64,000 nt of DNA from Pristiophorus japonicus (taxonomy: Eukaryota), in NCBI RefSeq assembly GCF_044704955.1, contig NC_091985.1:165912001-165976000 (forward strand), written 5' to 3'. Below are positions 1 to 12,416 of the stretch, in pieces; the first letter of the stretch is position 1, and each line of letters begins with the position of its first letter. The notes under the pieces were generated by a model. It saw nothing but the letters and a program-made list of their open reading frames with translations, ran no database searches and was not told where the DNA came from. A program made the translations under genes and the position numbers.

Positions 1-944
1 AGGACAGTTGGAAACCCCAAACCCATCTTCGCCCTCCTCAGCTGAGGGGTGTTGAAGCCCTCCACCCTCCCCCCACCCAAGATACACTGTTGGAGACCAA
101 CTAGTTCAGCACATGATCCAAGACCATCCCTGGGAACCTCTGGTCTGTACGGCCGGGTCTTAATGGAAAAAGACATCAGGCAGCTTTTAACCTACATCCC
201 TAGACAGATTGTTCAAATTACTAATCCCTAGCGAGCAATTTGGTGATTCTTAGCTAACCAACTCGAAGGTACATTTTGTCGAAACATAATGCTAGCTGAT
301 TGATTTATTGTCAGCCAATTCCCACTGACCATGACGTTTGCTACAGAAAACATCCGGGGCTCAGATTCATGCTCCTCCTTTCAGCTTGGCGATGCGGGGA
401 AATTAATAAATGCAAAACAAAAAAAAAGACGAAGAAACTATTGCTCCTTAAGAGAATTCAGTTAGAAGGGGATGGTTTTAAAAATTATTTAAGCAAGTGC
501 TTCCTGCACTGCAAAACCGGTAACTGGGTTAAATTTGTGCTATGAGTTAGTGTGTTGCAAAGTATTGCACCATCTCGCCCCCAAGATCTAATTAAAATAA
601 TAACTTCAAACTATGAAAGGTTACCATATGTTTTTAATATTTTAACTGATGATAGACCATATAGTTTAATATTTTCATATTATTTGAAAAACTCAACGTC
701 CTTGAATCTCCCTATAGCTCAGTGCAATGTAAAATGTTGTGGTTTATTGCATGTGTATGTATATACTGCTTTCCTACACTGCTTTCATCCTCGACTCCGG
801 GGGACTGCCCAAGAAGGACACTGCTTTAACTACACAAGGTACAAGAAAGCAATCAATTAAAAAGAACAAGTTAACGCATGTGTTTACTTAAAACCACATG
901 GAAAAATTATTTTAAACGTGGAAGAAATATATATTTTTTTTAAT

Positions 945-1620
945 TCGTTCACAGGATGTGGGCATCGCTGGCAAGGCCAGCATTTATTGCCTATCCCGAA
1001 TTGCCCTTGAGAAGATGGTGGTGAGCCGCCTTCTTGAACCGCTGCAGCCCGTGTGGTGATGATACTCCTACAGTGCTTTTAGGGAGGGAGTTCCAGGATT
1101 TTGACACAGCAACGATGAAGGAACGGGCGATATATTTCCAAATCAGGATGTTGTGTGAATTGGAGGTGAACGTGGAGGTGATGGTGTTCCCATGCGTCTG
1201 CTGCACTCGTCCTTCTAGGTGGTAGAGGTCGCGGGTTTGGGAGGTGCTGCCGAAGAAGCCTTGGCGAGTTTCTACAGTCCATCTTGTAGATGGTACACAC
1301 TGCAGACATGGTGCGCCGGTGGTGGAGGGAGTGAATGTTTGAGGTGGTGGATGGGGTGTCGATCAAGTGGGCAGCTTTGTCCTGGATAGTGTCGAGCTTC
1401 TTGAGTTTTGTTGGAGCTGCACTCATCCAGACAAGTGCAAAGTATGCCATCGCACACCTGACGTGCCTTGTAGATGGTGGAAAGGCTTTGGGGAGTCAGG
1501 AGGTGAGACACTCGCCGCAGAATACCCAGCCTCTGACCTGCTCTTGTTGCCACAGTATTTATGTGGCTGGTCCAGTTAAGTTTCTGGTCAATGGTGACCC
1601 CCAGGATGTTGATGGTTGGG
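945..1620 (-). mobile_element. CR1/L2-group LINE 3' fragment
   Basis: ORFs 1079..1450 and 1272..1553 (QRLGILRRVSH...LKKLDTIQDKAAHLI); related pieces at 42345-42460, 45161-45400 and 62210-62410. Confidence 0.8.
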
Positions 1621-2368
1621 GGATATGCTGACTATATAAGTTTATATAGCATCATCAACATAATAAAACATGCCAAGGTGCTTCACAGGAGCGTTAGCAA
1701 ACAAAGTTTGACACCGAGCCACGCAAGGAGATATTACAGCAGATTGATCAAAAAGGTAGACTTTAAGGAGGGTTTTAAAGGAGGAAAGAGGGGTAGAGAG
1801 GCAGAGAGGTTTAGGGAGGGAATTTCAGAGCATGGGGTCTCAGCAGCTGAAGGCCCGGCCACCAATGGTGGAGCCACTTGCAAAGATACGCATAAACCAG
1901 GAAGGTCCTAGATTCGATCACTAGTCTGTGCCAATCTCAAGAGAGGGCAAGGGCGTTACAATTATCTTCAGGTTGCACAAGGGGGAGGGAAGAGCGCTCA
2001 CTTCTGATCACAGTACAGTGATCCCCTTCCCTTCAATGAAAACTGTGCAAACAGGAAGTAAGGAGCAGGATCAGGCTTCTCTGCAACAGCCCAACACTCG
2101 CTGTGTTCACTCAAACCTGAAAACAGCCACTTAGATCAAGTACGAGAGGGCTGCCACTGCCTGATCATCGAACACCAGTAGGACTCACTGCTTCCAGGAC
2201 AGAAGCAGCGAATGAGGTAAAACCAGGGTGAAACTGTTTTTAATTTAAACTAAGAAAGTTTTAAGGAGAGCCAAGACATATTGCATATTCATTTTAGAAC
2301 ACTGATCTTCAAGGAAAACAAATCCGGCAAGTACATTTTATTTAAGTAAATACTAATTTAGTCCCTGT

Positions 2369-4222
2369 AATTCTTTGAGGATGTAACGAACAGGGTGGAT
2401 AAAGGGGAACCAGTGGATATGGTGTATTTGGACTGCCAGAAGACATTTAACAAGGTGCCACATAAAAGGTCACTGCACAAGATAAAAGTTCACGGGGTTG
2501 AGGGTAATATATTAGCATGGATAGAGGATTGGCGAACGAACAGAAAACAGAGAATCGGGATAAATGGTTCATTCTCGGATTGGCAATCAGTAACCAGTGG
2601 GGTGTCACAGGGATCAGTGCTGGAACCCCAACTATTTACAATCTATATTAACGACTTGGAAGAAGGGACAGAGTGTAACGTAGCCAAGTTTGCTGACTAT
2701 GTATGTGTGAGGAGGACACATCTGCAAAAGGACATAAGACAGACTAAGTGAGTGGGCAAAAATTTGGCAGATGGAGTATAATGTTGGAACTTTGGCAGAA
2801 AAAAATCAAAGAGCAAGTTATTATTTAAATGGAGAAAGACTGCAAAGTGCTGCAGTACAGCAGGACCTGGGGGTACTTGTGCATGAAACACAAAAGGTTA
2901 CTCTTGTGTTCCTAACACAGATGAGGCTACACACAGGGAGGTTAAAGTAACAGTGACCTCAATCTTTAATAAGACACTCCAGAGTGAGGAACAGGCCTTA
3001 GGGGCTGGCTTATAAACAGTGCTCCCAAGGGATGCTGGGATCCCTTGGGACTTCAGGGGATGAGCTCCCTGGTGCGGAACATGGGAATGCATGCTTTACA
3101 GATACACAACAGTTAGTATGCAGGTACAGCAAGTAATTAGGAAGGCCAATGGAATCTTGGCCTTTATTACAAAGGGGATGGAGTATAAAAGCAGGGAAGT
3201 CTTGCTACAGCTATATAATGTATTATTGAGGCCACTGCGTGCAGTTTTGGTTTCCATATTTACGAAAGGATATACTTGCTTTGGAGGCAGTTCAGAGAAG
3301 GTTCACTAGGTTGATTTCGGGGATGAGGGGGTTGACTTATGAGGAAAGGTTGAGTAGGTTGGGCCTCTACTCATTGGAATGCAGAAGAATGAGAGGTGGT
3401 CTTATCGGAAGATATAAGATTATGAGGGAGCTTGACAAGGTGGATGCAGAGAGAATGTTTCCACTGTTGGGGGAGAATCGAACTAGAGGGCATTATCTTA
3501 GAATAAGGGGTCGGCTGTTTAAAACTGAGATGAGAAGGAATTTCTTCTCTCAGAGGGTTGTAAATCTGTGGAATTTGCTGCCTCAGAGAGATGTGGAAGC
3601 TGGGACATTGAATAAATTTAAGACAAAAATAGACAGTTTTTTTAATAAGGGGTTATGGGGAGCGTGCAGGGAAGTAGAGCTGAGTCCATAATCAGATCAG
3701 CCATGATCTTATTGAATATCGAGGGGCCGTATCTGTAGATTGAGTAGGCTGGGTCTTTACTCTTTGGAGTTCAGAAGGATGAGGGGTGATCTTATAGAAA
3801 CATTTAAAATAATGAAAGGGATAGACAAGATAGAGGCAGAGAGGTTGTTTCCACTGGTCGGGGAGACTAGAACTAGGGGGCACAGCCTCAAAATACGGAG
3901 GGGCCAATTTAAAACCGAGTTGAGAAGGAATTTCTTCTCCCAGAGGGTTGTGAATCTGTGGAATTCTCTGCCCAAGGAAGCAGTTGAGGCTAGCTCATTG
4001 AATGTATTCAAGTCACAGATTTTTAACCAATGAGGGAATTAAGGGTTACGGAGAGCGGGCGGGTAAGTGGAGCTGAGTCCACGGCCAGATCAGCCACTAT
4101 CTTGTTAAATGGCGGAGCAGGCTCGAGGGGCTAGATGGCCTACTCCTGTTCCTAATTCTTATGTTCTTATGTTCTTATGTATCGCCTACTCTTGTTCCTA
4201 TTTCTTATGTTCTTATGTTCTT
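2369..4222 (+). mobile_element. CR1 RT 3' fragment with a second CR1 3' end (3734-4178) nested in its tail
   Basis: RT peptides in ORFs 2395, 3091, 3239, 3740; two (TTCTTATG)n tails; GTATC duplicated at 3729-3733 / 4179-4183. Confidence 0.88.
2901..3111 (-). mobile_element. Solo LTR inserted in CR1
   Basis: Minus strand begins TGTTGTG and contains TTATAA and ATTAAA; GTTA duplicated at 2897-2900 / 3112-3115; the CR1 frame resumes after it. Confidence 0.8.
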
Positions 4223-4540
4223 ATAAATTGCTTTTGGCGGTTTAAGCAATTTTCTTGTCCTGCAGAGAATTATTCCCCCTTTGTACAGGGCCAGTAAATT
4301 TCATCCCAACAGCGTTTGTCTGGCTGCAGTAACAAATGGCAGACAGCTGGCAGACAAGAGAGGTAACTCGGGATCAGATAAAACAGAATGGAAAGGATAG
4401 CCAGCCAGAAAAAATGAACAAATACAAGGTATTTTTCGTGAGAAAACTACATTTCCAAGCATACAAAACAAAGACTGCCATTTTTAAAGTGTCAACTGTG
4501 GCCCAGTGGAGGCACTCTTGCCTCTGAGTCACAAGGTTAT

Positions 4541-5146
4541 TTCCACTGCTGAAGCCTTCATCCATGCCTTTGTTACCTCTAGTCTGGACTACTCTAACTC
4601 ACTCCTGGCTGGCCTCCCACATTCTACCCTTCCTTAAACTTGAGGTCATCCAAAACTCGGCAGCCCATGTCCTAACTCGCATCAAGTCCCGCTCACCCAT
4701 CACCCCTGTGCTTGCTGACCTACATTGGCTCCCGGTTAAACAATGCCTCAATTTCAAAATTCACATCCTTGTTTACCAATCCCTCCATGGCCTCACCTCT
4801 CCCTATCTCTGTAATCTCTTTCAGCCTCACAACCACACGAGATGTCTACGTTCCTCAAATTCTGCCCTTTTGAGCATTCCTGATAATAACTGCTCAACCA
4901 TTAGTGGCCATGCCTTCAGCTGCCTGGGCCATAATCTCTGGAACTCTCTCCCTAAACCTCTCCGCTCTCTACCTCTCTTTCCTCCTTTAAGACGCTCCTT
5001 AAAACCTACCTCTTTGACCAAGCTTTTGGTCATCTGCTGTAATTTCTTCTTATGCGGCTCAGTGTTAAATGTATTTGTTTTGTCTTATACCGCTGTGAAG
5101 CACCTTGGGACATTTTGCTACATAAATAAAAGTTGGTGTTGTTGTT
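4541..5146 (+). mobile_element. L2 3' fragment inserted in a SINE
   Basis: IQNSAAHVLTR..SRSPITPVLADLHWLPV; tail ...tgttgttgtt. Confidence 0.88.
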
Positions 5147-5927
5147 CAAAATCTAGGCTGGCACTGCGGTGTAGTACTGAGGGAGTACTGCATTGTCGGA
5201 GTGCCGTCTTTCGGATGAGACGTTAAACCTGTCTTGCCCGCTCAGGTAGACATAAAAGATTCGTGGCACTCTGCAGAAATGCAGGGGTTTCTCCTCAAAC
5301 CCTGGTTAATATTTATCCCTCAACGAAGATCACTTCAAAAAATTATCTGGTTATTTATTTAATTACTGTTTGTGAGACAAATTGATTGCTGTCTTTCCTA
5401 CATTACAGTAACTACACTTCAAAAGTACTTCATTGGCTGTAAAGCACTTTGCGACATCCTGAGGTCATGGAAGGCGCTATATAAATGCAAGTCTTTCCTT
5501 TTTTTCCTACCATTTGAGCTTGTGTTTTTTTTAATGTATTTTCTGCAGTTGTTTCACAGGAACTCCCAACTCTATTATTAGTTTGTCACACAACTTGTGT
5601 CAAGCAATATTTTTAATCTTTGTTTGCGTGTCGAGTCATTTCCTCGTTCTTCTAAGCCTCCACATCCCGTGCGCCATTTCAGGCTGAGAGGATGGGTTCA
5701 TACTTGTGCCTTGACTACAAGTGTCAGAAGACTATTTAGCCATGGGGTCCAACAGACAAACCCAATCACATCCTCAACCAGCATTGACATACTCACCTCA
5801 AACAGGGTGTTGCTGGATAGTACTAATCGTGTGCAGGAGTTCTGGTTGAATTTTCTACACTGTACTGCACCTTCGGTCAATCGTACCAACCTCCAGCTAA
5901 GGTCAGATAACTAAGCTCAGACTGGGA

Positions 5928-6290
5928 ACAACAACTTACATTTATATAGCACCTTTAACATAGCAAAATGGCCCAAAGCGCTTCACAGGAGTGTAATAGA
6001 CACCGAGCCAAAGAAGGAAACATTAGCACAGGTGACTAAAAGCTTGGTCAAAAATTTAGATTTTAAGGAGCGTCTTAAAGGAGAGAGAGAGGTGATGAGG
6101 CGTAAAGGTTTAGGGATGGAATTCCAAAGCTTCGGGCCCAGACGGCTAAAGGCACGACCACCAGTGGGGGATGCACAAGAGGCCAGAGTTGGAGGAACAC
6201 AGAGTTCTCGGAGTTGTACGGCTGGAGGAGGTTACAGAGATAGGGAGGGGTGAGGCCATAGAGAGATTGGAACACAAGGATGAGTATTTT
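5928..6290 (-). mobile_element. L2 3' fragment
   Basis: acaacaacttacatttatatagcacc terminus; similar copy at 1655-1900. Confidence 0.8.
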
Positions 6291-7551
6291 AATGTAACTA
6301 GAACCAGCTCACTAACACAGGTATAGCGCCAACATTCCTGATGTACAACAGCTGCCAATACTGTAGTGCCATTTTTTTTTTAAAGCTACATTATAAATCA
6401 TCAAAACTCAAGTTAAAAAATTGCAATTTTCATCAGCTACACGGAGTGGCTTTCAATTTGATTCTTTAGATTAGATGACTAACACACATTACAGTAAACA
6501 ATTACAGTGGAGAGTCCATTCATCCACCATGATATCAAAATTCTTTGTTAAACCTTCGACAAATAGACACTTTAAAATCAATCAAATTCTAGTATTCAGA
6601 AAGCTACGGGTATTTACATATTTGTTGGAAGTCCTAAAGCACTTACAGACATGGGCCAAGATTCTCTGCTATTCTCCAGGATTTTATATATTATATTTCT
6701 TGCTTGGCATTTGATTCTCTGAAGAAAAAAAACCATATAGGGTCTTGTACATGTTCTCTAAGACTCTGAACTATTTTAACATCAGAAGCATAATTGGAAA
6801 CAAACTGAAGAGGCCAAGGAAAAGAAAATCACAAATGTTTCTTATTGTAACCTTAGATCAAGATATCGTTTATATTATTACACTCGTACTCAGTTGTGTG
6901 TCTGCATGCAGTGAACACACAGTGGGAAACAAAGGGGTTAAATAAATCAAGGCAAAACATAAAATTGATTCCGTAATATGCAGGAAAAAACCTAATCTTG
7001 GTTTCAGAATACTGCTGTACTTTTATGGGGTAAAATTTCACCTTTTAAAAGAAAGATGGAAGAATGCCCACATTTTTCCATAATTAAATGGTCCACTAAC
7101 AAAATTACAGAAAAAACATTTCTTAGTAACTTGTGATATCAGAACATAATTTTGCTTGCATGTCATTACAGCGACAAGTATGTGCATGTACCGTGCCGAG
7201 AATTCTTTTACAAACTTTGGCAAATAGGCACTTTATTTGACATAATATTTTGCACTCTCAAATCTACGGGAATTTGTAAATTTATTGAGAAATACTTTGT
7301 TTCTAAAATAAAATTCTCTAACGGATTTTATAATGGTGCAATTTTTCCTTGGCTTTTAATTCCTTGAAAATTTGTTTTGCGTCTATCAAAGACCCTAAGC
7401 TATTTCAACGTCAAGGAGATATAAAAGGATCATTTACTCCCATTACATGCAATGGCAAAACTCTTGAGGGTGCAATTCTATTGCCACTTTTGTATAAATG
7501 TTACACAGCTTTTTGGGGTGTCACATCCGTGCAACAGTGGCAGTATAACTC

Positions 7552-7790
7552 AGGAGACATGGGGAGCACACGAGGAACAATACAAAACCCTTCGAGCATG
7601 CAGAAAACAAGCGCAGGCAGCGGAAGGAGCGTGCGGCAAACCAGTCCCACCCACCCATCCTTTCCCTCAACGACTATCTGCCCCACCTGTGACAGGGACT
7701 GTGGCTCTCGTATCGGACTGTGCAGTCACCTAAGAACTCACTTTTGGAGTGGAAGCAAATCTTCCTCGATTTCAGGGGACTGCCTGTGAT
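7552..7790 (+). mobile_element. RTE 3' fragment
   Basis: CPTCDRDCGSRIGLCSHLRTH zinc-finger-like end plus RTE tail gggactgcct. Confidence 0.85.
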
Positions 7791-8972
7791 CTCACACCAA
7801 ATACAACTGGCACCGAGTGCAGTATAACTCCTGCCTGGAACACACTATAGGGGTGCTGCGTTACTTTTTTTTTAAAGTAGCTCGAATCCATTGGGATGTT
7901 TGATCATGGGGTCAGTAATTGTGAGAAAACTGAACCTCAAGTGTTTTTTTTAAATTAAAACAAGAAAAATTCTGACAGACTGAACTTCAAAGTTTGGGAA
8001 TAATGGCAACTCGCCCAGTTAAAATGCACAGAGGTTCATTTAGCAACGGGTTACAGCACATTTGTAGTCTGTCCGCTTGGATTCCTGTTTGATTGCAGCA
8101 AACCCCAAGTACTTTGAGGTGTTACACAGACAGATAAATAGGACAGGTTTTTCGCTCGGATAAAGAGGACATCCCATCGCCCGCCATTAAAAGCCCAATG
8201 CAGGAGACGCGCAGGGAATTGGCTGGGTGCAATTATCTTCAAAATATAGTACCTGAAAAATAAAAATTCAAGGAAAGTGAAGGTTTCCAGTCACAAACCT
8301 CACGGAGAACAGGAAAAGAAGTCTCTTTAAATCCTTTCCAGACAGCGTGTTGGGGGTGAGGGGGCAGACAACGCTTCACCATGGGAACCGAACCGATCGA
8401 CTTAAAGCGAGCTCATAAATATGTCGGAAGCTTAATATTATTACTCATTCTTTAAAATGCAATCGGGAACGGAGAAAGGGGAAAAAACTTTTATTTTAAA
8501 AAAAGAAAAAAAATCTTACCGCTTTTTTCCCACCTCACTTTATTTTCTTCCCCCAAACTCTCTCTCTCATGCCCTGGTACTGGGTGCCGGCGAGGCTGAT
8601 CCCTCCATTGTATCCTGTGTGTGGAGTCGGGCAGCTATCGCAGGGAGCAGACGAGCTGATACTCTGCCGCTTGGTTACAATGTAGCGGGTGAGTGTTGCT
8701 CTTCACCATTCAATCAAACCCAGCTCGTCACCACTGCACTCCAGCAAGTGTCAACCAACTTCCCCCCTCCAAACCACCAGAACAGCAACGAGGCAAACCC
8801 ATCCTGCCCTTTCCTAATTGCAACCCCTACTGGCTGGGAGGAATATTACTTGCAAGATATATATTTTTTACATATGTGTGAAATTCTCATTTATATAGTG
8901 GAGAGGGGCTTGGTTTACACGAATAAAGAGGTATCCGCTGTGGCTCAATGGGTAGAAGCCTCGCCTCTGAGT

Positions 8973-9549
8973 TATCAGAGGCAGTCCCTCGGAATCGAGA
9001 AAGACTTGCTTCCACTCTCAGCATGAGTCCTTAGGTGGCTGAACAGTCCAATACAACTCTTTTGTAGTGAACAAATTAAACATTTAAATCGAGTGCACTC
9101 CAAACATTTTTCCAGGCCCTTTTTTTGTGTTTTTTGGGCTCTAAAACATAAATATATACAAGTGCCCCCTATAAAAGGGGAGGGGGACACTAAAACCGGC
9201 AATAAAACAAATTAAACTTTAAAACATATAAAATCAAATTAAAATTTGGTTGCCGGGGCAGTCCAATACAAGAACCACAGTCTCTGACACAGGTGGGACA
9301 GACAGTCATTGAGGAAAGGGGCGGGCAGGGAGCCTGGTTTGCCACACACTCCTTCCGCTGCCTGCGCTTGATTTCTGCATGCTCTCGGCGACGATACTCG
9401 AGGAGCTCAGCGCCCTCTCGGATGCACTTCCTCCACTTAGGGCGGTCTATGGCCAAGGACTCCCAGGTGTCAGTGGGGATGTCGCACTTTATCAGGGAGG
9501 CTTTGAGGGTATCCTTGTAACGTTTCCTCTGCCCATCTTTGGCTCGTTT
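8973..9549 (-). mobile_element. RTE 3' fragment (contains Tx1 insertion)
   Basis: GQRKRYKDTLKASLIKCDIPTDTWESLA..RPKWRK. Confidence 0.88.
9057..9258 (-). mobile_element. Tx1-clade 3' UTR fragment inserted in an RTE
   Basis: Same 3' UTR as 28466-28670 (gtgccccctataaaaggggagggggacac); 13-bp TSD CAGTCCAATACAA at 9044-9056 and 9259-9271. Confidence 0.85.
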
Positions 9550-9897
9550 AGTAGTAATATTAGGCAGTCCCTCGTATAGAGGATGACCAGCTTCCACGCC
9601 AAAAATGGATGAGTTCACAGGTGTTTTGATGAGGGACCTGACAATCTAGGTCCCGAACTACATACTAAAGGGTGGAAGATGCCTGTGCGTGGATTCTTTT
9701 AAAGTGGGGTGGTCGTTGCACACCAGCCACTACACGGGCTTGACAGAGCTAGGTCTTGATCCAGTGGCAAGGGTTAACCAAGACGACTGGAGACTGCTCT
9801 GCTGCATGGACCTAGTGCGCACGCATGCTCCTACTATCCATAGATCGCAGTGTAGGCCGGCCCGTGCTGCCCCTGGGCCCTCGCCTCTTTTAGGTCC
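9550..9897 (-). mobile_element. Non-autonomous bipartite RTE derivative (5' UTR + 3' tail)
   Basis: Homologous to 52690-53020; RTE tail joined to the 5' UTR/ORF start. Confidence 0.75.
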
Positions 9898-9919
9898 TTA
9901 CATGAATAAAGAGGTATCA

Positions 9920-10335
9920 GCTGTGGCTCAATGGGTAGCAGCCTCACCTCTGAGTCAGAAGGTTGTGGGTTCAAGTCTCCCAAAAATTAGGCTCACAGTG
10001 CAGTGCTGAGGGAGAGTTGCACTGTCGGAGGTGCCATCTTTCAGATGAGATGTTAAACCGAGGTCCCGTCTGCTCTCTCAAGTGGATGTAAAAGATCCCA
10101 TGGCATTATTTCAAAGAAGAGTAGGGAGTTATCATCCCCTGTGTCCCGGTCAATATTTATCGCTCAATCAACATAACAAAAAAAACAGATTATCTGCTGT
10201 TTGTGGGAGCTTGCTGTGTGCAATTGGCTACCTTTCCTACATTGCAGCAGTGACTACATTCCAAAAGTACTTCATTGGCTGTAAAGCACTTTGAGACGTC
10301 CGGTGGTCGTAAAAGGTGCTATATAAATCCAAGTT
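9920..10335 (+). mobile_element. tRNA-headed Deu-domain SINE (SacSINE1/DeuSINE-like)
   Basis: A box TGGCTCAATGG, B box GGTTCAAGTCT, core ctttcagatgagatgttaaaccgagg, L2-like tail; other copies at 4495-5500 (split), 10360-10880, 34390-34560, 47860-48120 (-), 49490-49870 (-). Confidence 0.8.
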
Positions 10336-10480
10336 TTTCTTTTTATAAGTGTTCTATTTCGAATGAGATGTTAAACCGAGGTCCCGTCTGCTCTCTCAGG
10401 TGGATGTAAAAGACCCCATGGCACTATTTTGAAGAGCAGGGGAGTTCTCCCCGGTGGCCTGGCCAATATTTATCACTCAT

Positions 10481-10843
10481 TGATGCAGACTATAGATATA
10501 CTCTCTGTGTAGTCACTGTATAGTTGCATAAGGGGGTGGAGACTTGTTACCTGATGTACTTTCAATAAGGTTTACACTGTGTATATACTATGCTGGCACC
10601 ACTAGAGGGTGCAACTGGTGGGGACCGGGGTTTCCTGCCCCTGTGGCAGAGGCTGTCCACCAGAGGGCATTGCGGTGGGAGACCTGAGGGTCACCTGCAT
10701 AGGTGTGCAGGGCCCAGTATAAAAGGCTGCCCACCATGCTTGTGCCTCACTCTGGAGTTATGAATAAAGGACCAAGGTCACTACAGTTTGAGTAAAACAC
10801 ATTGCCTCGTGGAGTCATTCATGAGTGCATTACAGACATAATA
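10481..10843 (+). mobile_element. Solo LTR inserted in SINE
   Basis: TATAAAA 10718, AATAAA 10763; shares CCTCACTCTGGAG with the LTR at 2901-3111; TSD not clean. Confidence 0.75.
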
Positions 10844-11034
10844 ATTATCACATTGTTGTTTGTGGGACCTTGATGTGCGCAAATTGGTTTCTTTATTTCT
10901 TTCCTTCTTTCTATCTGAACTTGTATTTATAAAACGCTTTTTGCAACTGTAAAGCAAGTAAGCACTTTTGAATTGTAATCATTGTTGTTAATGTAGGAAA
11001 CTATTTTAAAATGAAGCTGCAGGACAATTTGCAT

Positions 11035-11850
11035 TTATATATAAGCACCTTTAACTTCGCCGAAGCAAGGAGATATTAGGAAGGGGTCAAAAAGGTGGGT
11101 TTTATACAAGCTCTTAAGGGGTCTGGACAAGTGGAGAGGTTTAGGGAGGGAATTCCAGAGAATAGGACCCGAGCAGCTGAAGGCATAGCCGCCGATGGTG
11201 AGCAAAGGGAGGGAGGTATTCACAAGAGGTCAAAGTCAGAGGATCAGAGTTTGGGCATGGGGTTATTGGGCTGCAGGAGTTTCCCATTGATGGGAGGAGT
11301 GAGGCCATGGAAGGATTTAAATACAAAGATGAGAATTTTTAATTTGATGCCTTGGAGGCAGGGAGGCAATGAGATCAAAGAAGATAAAGGGTTTGGGACA
11401 AGCAGGACTTGGCTCAAGTGTGCAGAATTTCAAACAATTTGGAGTTCATGGAGGATCTGAGATCAGTATAGAAACCACTGGAGCAATCCAGTCTGATGTG
11501 ACAAAGGCGTGTATGAGGGTTTCAGCAGTAGATGGCCTGGGGCAGTGACAGTGACAGGAAATGTTGCAGAAGTAACGGAGAGGATATGAGGTCTGAACAG
11601 GACGCCGAGGCTGTGAACAGTCTGGTTCAACATGAGACAGTGGCTGGGGAGGAGGTTGGAATCAATTACAAAGAAGCAGAATGTGTGGAAGTGGCCAAAG
11701 GGAATGGCTCTGGTCTTCACAATGCTCAGCTGGAATAATCCAAGGTTTATCCAATACTAGATTTCCCACAAACAGTCTGACAGCACAGAGGTAGCGCAGG
11801 GGGTCAAGAAGGGTGGTGGGGAGATAGAGCTGAATGCCATCGGGATTGAA
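11035..11850 (-). mobile_element. Degraded L2 3' fragment
   Basis: IGGYAFSCSGPILWNSLP peptide; L2 terminus. Confidence 0.75.
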
Positions 11851-12416
11851 AGAAAGAACTATCACAAGCTGAGGGCCTCCCAAAGTGTTTTACAGCCAAT
11901 GAAGTACTTTTTCAGTGTAGTCATTGTTGCAGTGTCGGAAAGAGTCCACATCTACTGATTATGTTGCTGAGGGACATATAGATGAAGAGGAGGAGTGGGC
12001 CATGGGTAGATTCTTGGGGGGGGGGGGGAATGGGCTTGAGGAGAATTAGCATAGGAACAGGAATAGGGCATTCATCCCCTCAAGCCTGTTCCGTTTGTGA
12101 GTAGAAATGTTTTCTAATTTCACTCCTGAAAGATCTGGCTCTAATTTTTAGATTATGCCCCATAGTCCACAAATCCCCAACCAGTGGAAATAGTTTTTCT
12201 CTATCTACCCTATCTGTTCCCCTTAATATTTTGTAAACTTCAATCAGATCACTCCTTAACCTTCTAAATTCTAGAGAATACAACCCTAATTTGTGTAATA
12301 TCGCCTCTTAACTTAACCCTTGAAGTCCGGGTATCATGTTGGTAAATTTACGCTGCACTCCCTCCAAGGCCAATATATCTTTCCTAAGGTGTTGTGTCCA
12401 GAATTGCTCACGGTAC

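Noticed and set aside
5597-5914. Possible exon of a neighbouring gene in unique-looking sequence
   Set aside because: No recognisable peptide in any frame and no convincing splice-site pair.
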